Below are positions 1-12,947 of a stretch of 64,000 nt of DNA, in pieces. The first letter of the stretch is position 1. Each line of letters opens with the position of its first letter. Source of the stretch: Marsupella aquatica (lineage: Eukaryota > Plantae > Marchantiophyta). The translations under genes were made by a program, and so were the position numbers. The DNA lies in contig OZ316895.1 in NCBI GenBank assembly GCA_973895155.1, forward strand, positions 14,318,225 to 14,382,224. The letters are read 5' to 3'. The notes under the pieces were generated by a model. The model ran no database searches. It was not told where the DNA came from and worked only from the letters and a program-made list of their open reading frames with translations.

Positions 1-748
1 GTCGTGTCCCGAAGAGCCTTCGAGTGGCTCCTTAGGCTCGCCGGTGCCCCGGCCATCGTCTGCGCACAGTGAATGTGCCCAACAAACGAAAATTCAAACC
101 ATTAGGATTATACTACAATGATCTCAAAAACCAGAGTCGTGTCGTGTCCCGAAGAGCTTTCTCATGCGTTAAACCCTACCCTTATCGTAACCATATCATG
201 AAGCTGGAAGCTATCTATCCAATCAGAGACTGCGTTGACGATGCCCATCTCCGGCATTGTAGTTAGTGACGACAACAGCGGTATATAGACGGACTTGAAC
301 TGCAAACCAGCGGCAAATTCTTACTTACTTGAGAATCTGCTGTTCACTGTCGAAGAGATACCTCTGATATGTAACTTTTGAATGAGGCTATTAATGAATT
401 GATCGTCAACAGCAACATTCCAAGTGCCCGCCCCCTGGCGCACAATGCGCCACCCGCGAAAACTCATTGCGGGAGACCAATGCAAAAGCTGACGAGTAAT
501 CCTGTCACCCACATGTGTAATTGCGCACCATGCCGTCGATGAGTTGTGTCTGAAGTTTTGCCTAGAAATTTATTCAACTCTGAACACTTCCTCGTCAACA
601 AAGGGCTAGTGTAAACCCCAATTTCGTTCAACAAGACGGAGAATAGAAGCACAACTCAAAATTCTGGACGACTCCAAAACCCCTAAACCCTAACACACAG
701 AGGAAAGAGGCTTCGGTCCAACAAGAAGGATTCGGGAAATTTGTGAGA

Positions 749-948
749 TTTCTGGTCCCCACCAGATCTACAGAGACCATCAGATGCACGGAAAGGCCAT
801 TTCAGTGAGCTCCAAAGCGAGCAATGTTCTCAACAATCTCAGCTCCGCAGCGAAGTTTCTGGTCGTCACCACATCTACAGAGACAATCAGATGCACGAAA
901 AGAGCTCCAAAGGAAGCAATATTCTCATCAATCTCCGCTCAGCAGCGC
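749..948. repeat. Degenerate tandem duplication, about 105-bp unit x2
   Basis: tttctggtc..cacca.atctacagagac.atcagatgcacg...gagctccaaag..agcaat.ttctca.caatctc.gctc.gcagcg occurs from 749 and again from 856. Confidence 0.8.
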
Positions 949-1059
949 AATGCAGCAGCGGATTGAACCACCACCTGATAGGTCCTAGCCCTAGCGCGGA
1001 ACAAGGAAAAACAGCAGTCCACATACTCCTGTACTCTGTTCTGTGCGCAGTTCACTACT

Positions 1060-1810
1060 TCACTACTTCACATTGCGACCTGAAGCAACAACCCGTTCGA
1101 ATCAAAGGAAGTACACTAACTCTCTCTAAGTGCATCATGCAGTAAACCAGGGATTGCATTCCTTGTTAAGCGCATACCCTTTCAAAAGAGCACTTATCGA
1201 AACTGCATCATTTACATGCCTTTGTTAAATGTTTTGTGCACCACTTCACTATTCCACATTGCTTAGTAGACCTGAAGCAACAACCTCTTCGAATCAAAGG
1301 AAGTACAGTGAACTCTCTCTAAGTGCATGCTCTCTTGATGACAAATGCAGCATGCACTAAACCAGGTATTGCATTCCTTGGTAAGCGCATACCCATTCAA
1401 AAAGTGCACTTATTGAGGACGACACCACAGAGTGGATCATTTGCATCCCTTTGTTAAATGTTCTGTGCACCACTTAACTAGTCCACATTGACTAGTAGAC
1501 CTGAAGCAGCAACCTCTTTGAATCAAAGGAAGTACAGTGAACTCTCTCTAAGTTTCCTCTGGGATGATGGATCCAGCATGCACTTAACCAGGTATTGTCT
1601 TGATATATGCATACCCCTTCAAATGTGCATTTACATCCCTATGTTAAATGTTCTGTGCACCACTTCACTAGTCCACATTGACTAGTAGACCTGAAGCAAC
1701 ACCTCTTCGAATCAAAGGAAGTATAGTTAACTTTCTCTAAGTGCATGCTCTTTGGGATGATGGATCCAACATGCACTAAACCAGGTTTGCATTCCTTCAT
1801 AAGCACACAC
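1060..1810. repeat. Degenerate tandem repeat, about 190-230-bp unit x4
   Basis: The core gacctgaagca.ca.c...gaatcaaaggaagta...ctctaagt recurs at about 1077, 1269, 1498 and 1688. The tail tgttaaatgtt.tgtgcaccactt.acta.tccacattg also recurs. Confidence 0.9.
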
Positions 1811-2294
1811 CCCAGCCATTTATTTGTTGTTTTTAAACATTAGCCAAGCTGGCTACTATTTTATGCTCCAGACAAACACTGCTCTGGTTATAGAGTACTT
1901 TATGACTATTGTAGAGTATTTCTTGGCTAACCCTCCCCCATAGTGCATTAAGTGGTGGCGAATGAAACAGAATTTTTTAAATTTCACCCTGAGTATCATT
2001 AGCCTACCTATTAATTAGGTAGGTGATAGGCATATTTTTGCCCACAAAAAAAATGTCTGGCACACCCCCTGAAAAGTGCACTTATGGATAAGTGTGCATA
2101 ATTGACATCCCTTTGTTGAATGTGTAATGGGCCCCCCTCACTCAGTGAGTAGCCTCATACCTCCTATCCTTGCCCTAATTCTGTGCCCAAACTCTCTAAG
2201 TGCATTCTTAACTCTACTAAGAATGCCATGCATTTATTAGGATATGCAATTTCATGGTTTTTTGCTTTTACCGACACTTATTGAGGGTCAGCAT

Positions 2295-5200
2295 TTTCTA
2301 TTTTTTTATTTAAGAAGCAACGAAGTGCAAGATGTATTTCAAAGAGCCCCACAGCGAAAACCAGCGAGGAAGAGAAAAAAAACCCAATGAGACACATCAA
2401 ACACCAACACCCCAAGGCAGAGCCACCACATGCCGCAACGTGGCAGCACCGCAATCAGGCCTCAGGGCAATCAGGCCTCAGGGCAAACAGGCCTCAGGGC
2501 AAAAACAGCCAACCTGGCCACGAATGGGTCAAAAGCAACCAACGGTGCTCCGGCAGACAGTGAGACCAAACGTGAAACCAAAAGGCCATATACAAACTCC
2601 TACAACACCGAATGTTGTGGTGCCAATCACTCACAAGACAATAGAACTCAGAAAACTCTAAAGCCTGAGTGTCGAGAGCAGCATAGAGCCGAGAAATCAA
2701 AATCTCATACACCCAACTGTAGATACTCCAATAGTGCATCGCATAGCAGAGTCCAAGTGTACCATGCGATCTATTCTTTTGAGGACAGAAGAAATAATGA
2801 GGACCTAAAGTAGTACAATTCTCTTTCATTGGGATTTATAGTAGGAGGTGTGTGACTTCTACTCGCGGAATGATTGATCATGACAGCAAGTTCTGTAAGT
2901 GTTCTATGCAGTATGCGTGCCTTGGTGGCATTTTTGGTGCGTTGCACCATAGCATGAACATTAACAATGGCCCCATGAAGAATGAGCTAAAGTGGGAACC
3001 ATGTAGCATTAACCTGATAGATGCGTTGACATAGTTCAATCCAAATGCTATGTATCATCTGGTGGATAGGAAGTATGAATCCTGGATTTCTCTTTTGTGA
3101 CAAATGGCAGTGTCAACCTTGCCAAAAAAAAGGAACAACCAACAACCTTATACAACCTAGTTCCCTCAGTAGAGAGCTCAAGTTAATTCCATCTGTCGCG
3201 TAATCTTGGGCAATCAAAGAACATGTGTTCAATGGTCTCGACATGTTCTTGGCAAGCAGTACACATCTCATCTCCAACATCCCACTTTAGAGTGCGTAAA
3301 TTGGAAAAGAAACCAACATTGAGTACCTTCCAAAAGTCCAATTTGATACTAGGAGAAGACTAGTCAGACCAAAGGTGTATCCATCGTCGTCTCTAGATCT
3401 CAGGAGAGTCCAGTGAGAACCACCTTCTGTCGAGTATCTGCGTTGGTGTGGTGTGTTGCTATAGCATCAAGGCCCAAGTTTGAGTATGGAGGTTCCATCC
3501 TGTTTTTTCTCCTTTGGTCCATCTCCATATCCATCTTTTGATGTTGAACAGATTCTGTGTGGGGGGGCCCTTGGGATGTGTGCAGGAGCTCCATGACCTG
3601 TATTAGCATCCTTCCTGCAGTGCTTCTGGTCATTCTAGTTGCTCCTTGGATCTGTTCAGTAGTCTTCCATCCACAGTCATGAGTGACCAAATCGGCCACA
3701 GAAAATATATTTTTTGTAGCCATAAAGTTTTTAAATGCATGTTTCTCTCTATTAGTAGTGTCATTTAGCTGGTTAATAATGAGAAGGAGAAGCTACTCAA
3801 CAGAGAGGTGGGTGGGTATGTCCCCAGTGGTGACATCAAAATGAAGGTGTTTATGAGTGGATTGCCATCCTCTAAGCAAGCTACTAAGAGTTGGAGCAGA
3901 GGCAATTTTGATGCTTGGGTAGAGAAGGAGGACTTCGTTGGGATCCCAATACTTGCGTTCTTTCTTATGAGGTCCCTTTTTGGCTATCATTTTTATCATA
4001 GATCTAGCCATGTGCACCCAAGCAATTCAAATCCACCTAGCAGTTTGGTGATGCTGCGCATTTGCAGGCCTAAGCTTGGAGAGCAAAGGGCCCGATGGCC
4101 AATCCTCCTTCCTCAAATGGTTGGGTGATTGTGTCCCAGGTAACTAGTGTAATTTTGTCAGCTCCAGTGGCACTCTTGCCCCACAGGAAGATTCGACAAT
4201 TTTTCCCAACTGCTTATAGCCATTCTTTTGGAGGTTTAGAATCATTAAATGGTAGATTGGAATAGCCCTAAGCACATGCTTTAGGAGAACCAGTCTCCCA
4301 GCTTGGGTGAGTGTTCTATTGGTCCAGTGTCTGAGTCTTTTCCTGACTTTGCCTAGTAAGAATTCAGTTTCCTGAGTAGGCCTGATTCTATTGCCAATAG
4401 GACACCCTAGGTAGGTTACAACTTCGCCAATAGTTGCAATTTGACATCGTGTTCTCTCAATCCATTCATGTTGCTCAGAGCTATCGAGCTGGATAATAAT
4501 AGATTTTTCAATGTTGAGAAGGGCTCTAAACACTCTCTCGTACAGGTTCAGAACTCTACAGGCAATGGTGAATTCTGTGGCTTTCAAAAAAAAATCCTGT
4601 GTTGTCTGCAAAGAGTTGGTGGAGCGGCTTCTTCTCACTGTCAGTATTGATGATACCCCGCAGCTCCCTAGAATTCAATTTTGCCTCAAGCAGGCACATC
4701 AACGGTTGAGTGACAAGTGCAAACAGTAGCGACGCTGCAGGACATCTTTGCCTTACTCCTCTTCCTAGGACAATGTCCTTGGTGAATCCCACATTCACAT
4801 TCACTTTAGAAACAACATCAATGACCAGACCCTTAACCAGAGATATGAATTTTGGATCAAAATTCATGTGTCTCAGGGTTTCCCACAGAAAAGTGTGGTC
4901 AACCCGGTCGTATGCCTTGGCAAAGTCTAATTCATAAACACAGCAGTTTGCTTGGAAATGTTGATGAATTCTTGACCCACTTTGAATGCCAGCACATTGT
5001 CCATTATGCTTCTGCCAGCAATGAATCCAGTTTGTTGGGATGAAACCAGCATAGGGACCACTAGTTTCATGCCGTTGGAGAGAATCTTTGCTACAATCTT
5101 GTGTGTGATTTGTGAGCATGGTGAGCTATCTTCAATTCTTTAATAACTTAATGTCTCATGCATTTGGAATGAGCTTGATAACTATAGTGGAAGTTTTTGA

Positions 5201-6060
5201 AGTAAGCAATCCATCCAGCCAAAAGGCTCGAATCATTGCACAACAATCTTCTTTCATCCAATCCCAACGTTGCTGCAAGATTTTTGCAGTTACTCCATCC
5301 AGTCCAGGAGATTTCTCTTTGGGGAAGTGTTGCACCACTACAGTGATCTCATCTTCATTGGGTTCTCTTATAAGTGCCCAATTTTGAGTTTTGGTCACTT
5401 TATTTTGTATAAGAGATAACACTTCCTCCCTCTCTGCAGAGTTATTGTTGACGTTCTCATCAGTAGCGAACAAGGATGTATAGTACAATCTGGTTTCATC
5501 AAGAATCTGTTGTTCATTGTCGATCACCATTCCAACAACATTGGTCAGGAGTTTGATAGTTTATTTGTTCTGCAAGAATAAATATCTGGATGGGGCATCC
5601 CCAAGAGACAGCCACCGGACACGACTTCGTCTACGCCATACTTCAGCTTCTCGGAGCTCGTTCTCCTTAACCTTAGCTTCAAGTCTCACAACTTCAGCGA
5701 TGATCATAGGGGTGGGGTTAAGAGCAACTTCCTGCCTTAGAATTTGAAGTCGAGTCACAGTGTCTGGATGGTGGTTTTGTAACTCATTGAGATGTCTTCT
5801 CTCAGCAACAAGAACCCTTTTCATTCTGCTTGTTGCACAATCCTAGTGGATCCTGGCATCCCTATTGGAGTGAGTGTTGGTGCCCCAAGGCGCCCTAGCT
5901 TGTTCCATGATAGCAGGATCATGGAGCATTTTTGCTTCCATCTTGAAATTGCTAGATTTTTTCATTCCAGGGGTGATGTTGATGTCTTGAAGAGCAAGGG
6001 TGACCGGGACCGGGAGATGATCTAATAGAGCCTGTCGGTCATCGTGGTCAACAAAATTGT
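2295..6060 (-). mobile_element. Degenerate, 5'-truncated L1-clade LINE (non-LTR retrotransposon)
   Basis: Minus-strand fragments lie in L1 ORF2 order. They are the end of the APE endonuclease (LDHLPV, ~6020), WLSLGDAPSRY, KSPGLDG, LDFAKAYDRV, GVRQRCP, a degenerate FADN (YADD), YLGCPI, GRLVLLKHVLRAIPIY and the zf-RVT motif CTACQEHVETIEHMFFDC (~3210-3272). An A-rich tail containing AATAAA sits at ~2295-2312 on the minus strand. Many stops and frameshifts. Confidence 0.9.
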
Positions 6061-7381
6061 CAGTGCTTATGAAGTTGACAGGGTCAGCGCTTATGAAGTT
6101 GTCCTTTAGTGAAATGATTCCAGCCCAATGTGTACTTCAAAAATATGCTTGAAGAGCACTTATCCCATGTTTAGAAAAAGGAAAGAAGAGGATGCTCTGC
6201 ACTTAGAGAGAGCCAACTGTACAATAAACCATGTGTAAGTGCAGGCTCCTTTGGAAGACACCATCAGCCAGCACTTATCCATAGAATGCAGAATATTATC
6301 AGTGCAAAGGATATTATTTATGCACTTCTTCATATTTGCACTGTTCACACTATCTAATAAGTACACGGGAAATCACTTATGCACTTACCCGCTGTGTTGT
6401 GAGTGATAGACATCCTACTCTTCAATCCTTGAGTCCTCATATTGCATGATTCAAGTGGATAAATAGATACATGAGATTACTATATGTACTTGTTTGCATT
6501 ACCTATCAATAGATGCCTCCTAGTTATGAATCCATTGTAGTAACTCATAACTGCATGTGTATACATATAGACCACAATGCACTTATGTAGTTGTCCTATA
6601 GTCTTGCTATTTTGTCATTTAGTAAGGGATGCTTCTATTTTGTTATTTAGTAAGGGTCAGCCTGCACTTATACAAACTGCATTACAAAAGAAGTCACTGT
6701 AGTATTAGGGGGCTACATGGTCAGTCTGCACTTTCCACAGTGTACTTATCCATGGATGTACTAGCCATTGACTGCACTGTGGTAGCGTCTCAAATAAGTC
6801 TGTTTTCAGCTTTGACTGCACCCGGGACTGTTGCACGTCGGGGCAATGGTCATGACTGGTCGGGCACCAAATGTGATGCCCAATCAGTTATGCCCAGAAC
6901 CGTAAGAGGCTACAAATTTTGCAGGGAACCCAATTGCATACTGCATGCAGCAACCTCACTCATATTTCAGTACCCAAGATAATTATTGTTTGGTTGTACC
7001 TTGTTGCAGTGCCACCCATGAGTCACCAATTTTTTCTATATATGAGAAGTCCTAGTGAACCCAAACATTTCGCATGCATTTGTTCGTAATAAATTCAACT
7101 GTGTCTTATCTTATACTGTATAAATACAGTCTTTGCCAAATACATATACTTTTTCAAACCACACAAAAATAATGAGGAACATCAGGGTGCATAATAATGT
7201 TTTATAAGATAATATACCTCCTTGATGTTTAAGGAATTAAGAAAATCAGGTGGCAGCTTCTCATTAAGGAAGCAACCTAATATATAGACAAACTACCTTA
7301 AAGTGGACAAAGGAGTCAATCTCTTGAGGACATAGATAAATACCTTAAAGTGGACAAAGCAACTTAATATATAGACAAACC

Positions 7382-7672
7382 ACCTTAAATTGGGCGGGGA
7401 GATGAGACTAGAACAGAAAGGTTGTTCCACATTCAATCCCCCTCCACATGCAAGGGTTGTTGAGGGTGAGTGAGTGTGTGTGTGGAGTGTAATGGTGGGA
7501 GTACTCTTTTCCCTTTGGGACTCTGGTCCAACCCTTTCTCCCTCCTGGTACTGGGTATGACCCCCCTTGTGGGCTACTATACAAAGGTGCATGGATAATC
7601 TATCCTTTGCTGGATGGGTCAGCTTCCCATATTCAAAGGCAAAATAATCTTAAAAATACCTTAAATTGGGCG
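7382..7672 (+). mobile_element. Short A-tailed retroposed insert flanked by a 15-bp target-site duplication
   Basis: ACCTTAAATTGGGCG occurs at 7382-7396 and 7658-7672. The 261-bp insert between them ends in aaaataatcttaaaaat and interrupts a ~45-bp minisatellite (7285-7720). Confidence 0.55.
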
Positions 7673-8842
7673 AAGGAGTCATCTCTCGAGGACATAGACA
7701 AACTACATTAAAGTGACGAAGGGGACAACTGAGAGGGGGTGAGAAAAAGCTCTCCGTTGCCGGCACGCATTGCTTGAAAGCTCTCTCTTACTACCCCGAA
7801 CTCCCCGACCGAATGCAGAGCGAAAGTAGAAAATTAATGAGGATTTTTGTGTCTCCGGACCGAAATCGTGTAGTGCACTCGACAGTGCTCCGACAGCCCT
7901 AAAAGGACGACACACAGATGGGCGTCACCTGCAGTACAGCACTAGACCACATCAGGAACTCTTGTACCGAATTCACGAACAAAACATCAAGCAGAATGGT
8001 ACACAGTAGCCCGCTCCAGTCCAACCCACTTGTACAACAGGTGCAATAAAATTAGAATTGGAATTGGAATTGGAATTGCGACTCCTCTGGTAGAAGCGAA
8101 AGCTCGTGGCGAGGCAGAGGCTTTGAGGTCGAGATCGACGAGAGCGACTGGCGTGGTACCGAATGTCGGATGTGTAGTGCGGGTGTGACGAAGCAGGACG
8201 AGTAATTAATCGCATTCGTTATCTCCCGGGTTGACAGCAGAATGCGTTGCTAGAGCTGGGCCGATGGGGAGGGAGGCATTCAGCGTGACCGATCTTGTCT
8301 GGTGATACTGTAGTGCATTTCAGCTAGCGAGCGGTCGAATGAGTTTACGTTACGGCTGAATTTGCGAGGGGACGGAGGCGAGACCTTCGTTAGCGCCTGT
8401 CTGCGGAGATTATTTTACGCGCAAGAGACGCAACAGGGAGGGGCTTCTGTTTTCTGCGTCCTCGGTGAAGCAAATTCTGTTCACGGAGTAACAGAGAGGA
8501 GCTCGTCACAACACGGTGTCAGGTCAACTGCGTAAAGAGAGGAGCAGGGCAGAGCTGATTAAAGCACAGCAAAGCAGTAGTATAGAAAAGCTGGCACTTT
8601 CCAGTTTCAAGGTCCGCTGGCTTCTGGCATGAAAAGGAGCGCTCATTGCTCATTGCGCTTGCGTGCACTTAACCAGAGGAAAGTGTTGGAATTTATCGAT
8701 TCATTCGTAGAAATTCCACGTGCACTGCGAGGACACAGTAGGAATTAGGGAGAGCAAGGGACCTTATCGAGAACAACTGAGAGGGAATTGTAAGGCGGCC
8801 GACGAAGAAAGCAAAGCTACTCACTGAAAGGGTTTTCTTGCA

Positions 8843-9857
8843 ATGGGAGAGGTGGAATTTGTGACCGTGGACGAAGGCAATGGAGTGGAGCTATCTGCGA
8901 GGATATATAAGCCGCCAGAGGGTTTGGGAGAGGGTAAGAATGTAGCCGTAGTGTTGGTTCATCAGTACTCCGTGCTAGGAGGTTGCCAAGGCTTGCTGAA
9001 GGGTATGGCCACTCTCTTGGCTGCCAGAGGCTACTTAAGCGTGACATTCGATCAACGGGGGGCTGGAAGGTCGACGGGGCGATCAACCTTGACAGGAAGC
9101 GGGGAAGTGAATGATGTAGTGGCTGTTTGTAAGTGGGTGGCTGAGAAGTTCCCGGCCTCGTCCATTCTTCTCGTCGGTTCTTCTGCTGGTTAGTCTCGAT
9201 TTCTCTCCTTTTGGCAGTTCTGTTTCCTTCCTTGCCAGGTCCATCATTCGTACTGGATAGATGTACCCAAGGCTTGCCAATTTTTGATACTTTCAGAATG
9301 CATTTCGGAGACACAAAAAAATGTGTAGACTCGAGCCAAGCTCTCCACAAATCACCGATAGATTCCGAAGGTGCGGAGGCAGTTAGCCAGTCCTCTAGAA
9401 TCATTCAACTGCATTGCTTAAGGTTGGTGAGGATATTGACATCGATCGGAACTTTCATCACTATCCCTTACGAACCTGGGTTGGCCACTAATCGCCTGTT
9501 GCAACTGCTTGTATGATTGCAGGTGCCCCCATTGCAGGTTCAGCAGTAGATCAAGTGGACACAATAAAGGGCTATGTGGGCTTAGGCTATCCGTTTGGTA
9601 TACTGGCTTCGATACTGTTTGGTCGACATAACAAAGCTATACTGACGTCTCAAAAGCCTAAACTGTTTGTGATGGGCACACGAGATGGATTCACGAGTGT
9701 GAAGCAGTTGGAGAATAAACTGAAGAATTCCTCTGGAAGGACAGAAAAGATCCTGATCCCAGATGCAGGGCATTTTGAAATGGAAGGGCCAGCCTATGAC
9801 GAGGAAATGGTCCGTTATTGCGTTGATTTTGCTGAGACCTTGAATGAAAGGTCATGA
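8843..9857 (+). CDS. Small alpha/beta-hydrolase, 226 aa; exons 8843-9188 and 9523-9857
   Basis: A GT-AG phase-1 intron (9189-9522) joins two ORFs. Motifs: FDQRGAG, nucleophile elbow GSSAG, PKLFVMGTRDGF (Asp) and GHFE (His). Confidence 0.92.
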
Positions 9858-10689
9858 CTAGGTCTCAAATAGACTCTAAAATGGTCGAGGTTTCTTCATC
9901 TTTTCTGTCAGATTCGTGTCTAGTACCTGTGAGAAAACCTGTGATCAAATCAAGTCCTTCGGTTACCGGAAGACATCTTGATGGTAGCTAGTTCGTTTAT
10001 GACGATTGTATAGTATTTGTCTCAAAGAATGACAACAGACTGGCAATTCAAGTCATGTAATTGACAAATAACCTTTCGAGGGATTGGCAACTAATGTGAC
10101 TTGCAGCAAACCATGCTGTGAACTCAGATGACTGTGTGCAGTGGTTCCCAAGTTTTGGATTGTAGCGGTTGTACGGATCCTGTGAAATCTGGATAGGAGG
10201 TTTAAATGAATGATAGTTGTAATCTTGTATTTCTCAAGAGCCAAGAAATCGATCTGGTTACCAAGGACAACAACGCTCGCGAAACAAAAGGAAGCTTGCG
10301 GATACTGATGTTGTCTAATTAACCGATCGGCGAACTCATAAAATCTCATTTACAGAGGCAGGCAGGGGTTAATCACTTATTCGACAGGCTTGTCAAAATA
10401 TGTTGGCAATATTGTATTCAACGCTTTCATTTCCTAAACGTCTGTGACTCTATCTAACTCTGGCGACTGTAACCGATTGCAGTACAATGTGGATCCTGGG
10501 TTGATGTTAGTTTGACCGTGATCATGTCCCAGCATTGTACAATAGTGTTTCTCTGCCTGGATCTAGTAGGAATCATTCAACGGAGAGGGATACAAAAGGC
10601 TTAGAATTGTACCAGGTTCATTTCAATTGGGTCCTGCTTAGTCTCTCTAGATACAGGCGATCGTTTCTGTAAATGAAATGAGGGACATT

Positions 10690-11460
10690 ATCAATGAATT
10701 GAGAAGGAAGACCGATTATCACGAATAGACACCTGAAACCAGCAGGTCGTGCTAATAGCTTGAAATTGTTGTTTGGGCTGATTGAATGGGTCTCGCTCTA
10801 CAAGCATCCTCAGGCGGTCATAAATTGGTTGTGTTGGTGTATTTCGTTGGTATGGAAGCTCTGGCGGTGGATCTGGGAATCCTTGGAAATGGAACTCTTT
10901 CAGGGGATGGCTAAGAGCATGCGAGGAAACGAGGAAGAGTGACTGTACCATGTCCTGATGAAGAATTTGAATGGGTTATAGGGTGTATCATCATTAGATC
11001 ATGGCCGCAATTGACACTCTAAACGAGGCCCACTCTGATCATGGCCACAATTGAGAGCAGCCGAAGATCTTCCATTCTCCACCAGGCGTGGGAGGAGCTA
11101 CAATTGAATAGCAGGGTGAGGGAAAATAAGGGATGAATGCTTGCAGACGTTGCCTGACATAGATACACAGAACAGGCACTTTATGTTGGGAAATGTCTTA
11201 TTTGTGATGTTTGCCGAATGTAGAAATAAATACAATGACACAAAATTGAGCGGTGCAACCTTAGTCATGTGGGAAGGATAGGGGCTAGAGATCGATAGAT
11301 ACCCAATACTGCAGATCAAGGTCATAAGTTCCTCTGTGACCTGGAGGGACAGAGTGATTGCTGCACATCTACAAAAGATGAAGGGTTTACTGGAGTTGTT
11401 TTGAGTGATGATACACAGTTTTCGTAGGAGGGATGGAAATGACAATAAATGGACCCAAAT
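10690..11460 (+). pseudogene. Possible highly degenerate LINE 3' remnant
   Basis: Trp-rich fragments and a broken zf-RVT-like stretch (CDVC...H...C) near 11200-11260, with many stops. Confidence 0.25.
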
Positions 11461-12947
11461 TTAAGAAAGGCACTCGTCAGACCCAAGTGCCCCAGTTATC
11501 TATCTCACTGGTTATGTACCAGAGCTTAGTTCAATTGGTCTTGGGTAAAATCCCTAGTGCATGCCCCAAATGCACTTGGTAGAGTAGGAACTATTGAAAA
11601 ACTAAAATATCCTAAGAATGTACCTATCTGCAAACGAAGCGACTGTTTTAGTGCAATTTTTAGATTTTAAAACACCTATCCTCAAACTTGCTTAACAAGC
11701 CATGATTAGTGACCCTTTTTTGACAAAAGAGGCTTAACATGACAAAACCAGCAAAACGAGAAATATTTGCATATCAAAACATTTTGGGAACCTGATGGAT
11801 GTAAAAACGTTTTTTAAACCAAGAACCAACACGTATTAAAGTCATGAGTTTAGGATTAGGTCTAACAAGGTTTTCCCTTCAAACGCATATGGTCTCGGTT
11901 CAAATCCATATCACGTGCCCCACATGCACTTCCTAGTTAGTAGGAACTATTTAAACATAAGATATCCTGGGAGTAGAGGTTGAAAGTTTCCCTTCAAACC
12001 AGTTGTAAGGCCGGAGGTGCCCCTTTCAGAAAAAGGTATGGCATTTATCCATTCAATAACTTATTTTTTGCATATTGTAAATATGTGTTATGCTACACAT
12101 GGAGGAAAGTGTATGGTGGTGCTCCTAGCATAGCTTATGATCTGCTTGGGAACATACGAATTGAAAGCTTTGCAAGGGCCCATGTATAACAAAGTACCAT
12201 TTGTTTGTCCATCTGTCAATATGCCACGGATCTGCTAGGGCCTAAGTACCACAACTGACTGTTGTTCTGTCCAGTTGTCCCAGGGAGAATAAAGGTGGAG
12301 ATAGGGGGAAGACTGGGTAAAGATTAATCTACCATAGAGTAGGAAGTTGTTGGCGCCTGATAGTTTTGCATTGTGATCAAGGAGAGTCTTGCCAAAACAA
12401 GAGATTCAAGGTTCATGAGAAAGAGCAAGATGCAAAGTAGAGTCACATGTATGAGGTAACCCACGTCAGGAGTCATGAGTTTTGACCACCCTCAGACCAA
12501 GTGAACCCAATGTTATTGTGCTGGCCTTTGATGCAAGCCCTCATTTTGCAAGATTGGAGAAATTGTCAACTATATTGGAGTGCAACGAGATTCTGTGCAA
12601 TTTATTGCAAATCTTATAAAAGGATAGATCTCCAGCGAACCATGTAGGCTTTACTCATTTGTTGGAAATAATATTTCCATCACTGCACATAAGTAGTGAC
12701 TGTATTTTTCCAGCAACATGTAATTCCAAAACCAAGGCCTACTCAATCTGGCTGACCCTGCCCATCATGGATGCCCATCATGGAAGAAGGGGCAATTGTC
12801 ATGGACCCACCTCAAAATATAGATATTCGTTTTGAAGGACAATGGGATACTGCTAATCAAATTTGTTCCAAACCATTGCTGAGTGATGGGGACACCCAGC
12901 ATGCCTTACACAATTTTAGATTTTGCTCCCCACATTTATTGTGTTTA

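Noticed and set aside
1060-1810. CRISPR-like repeat array (also considered for 56005-56275)
   Set aside because: Eukaryotic context, whole units are homologous with no unique spacers, and there are no cas genes.
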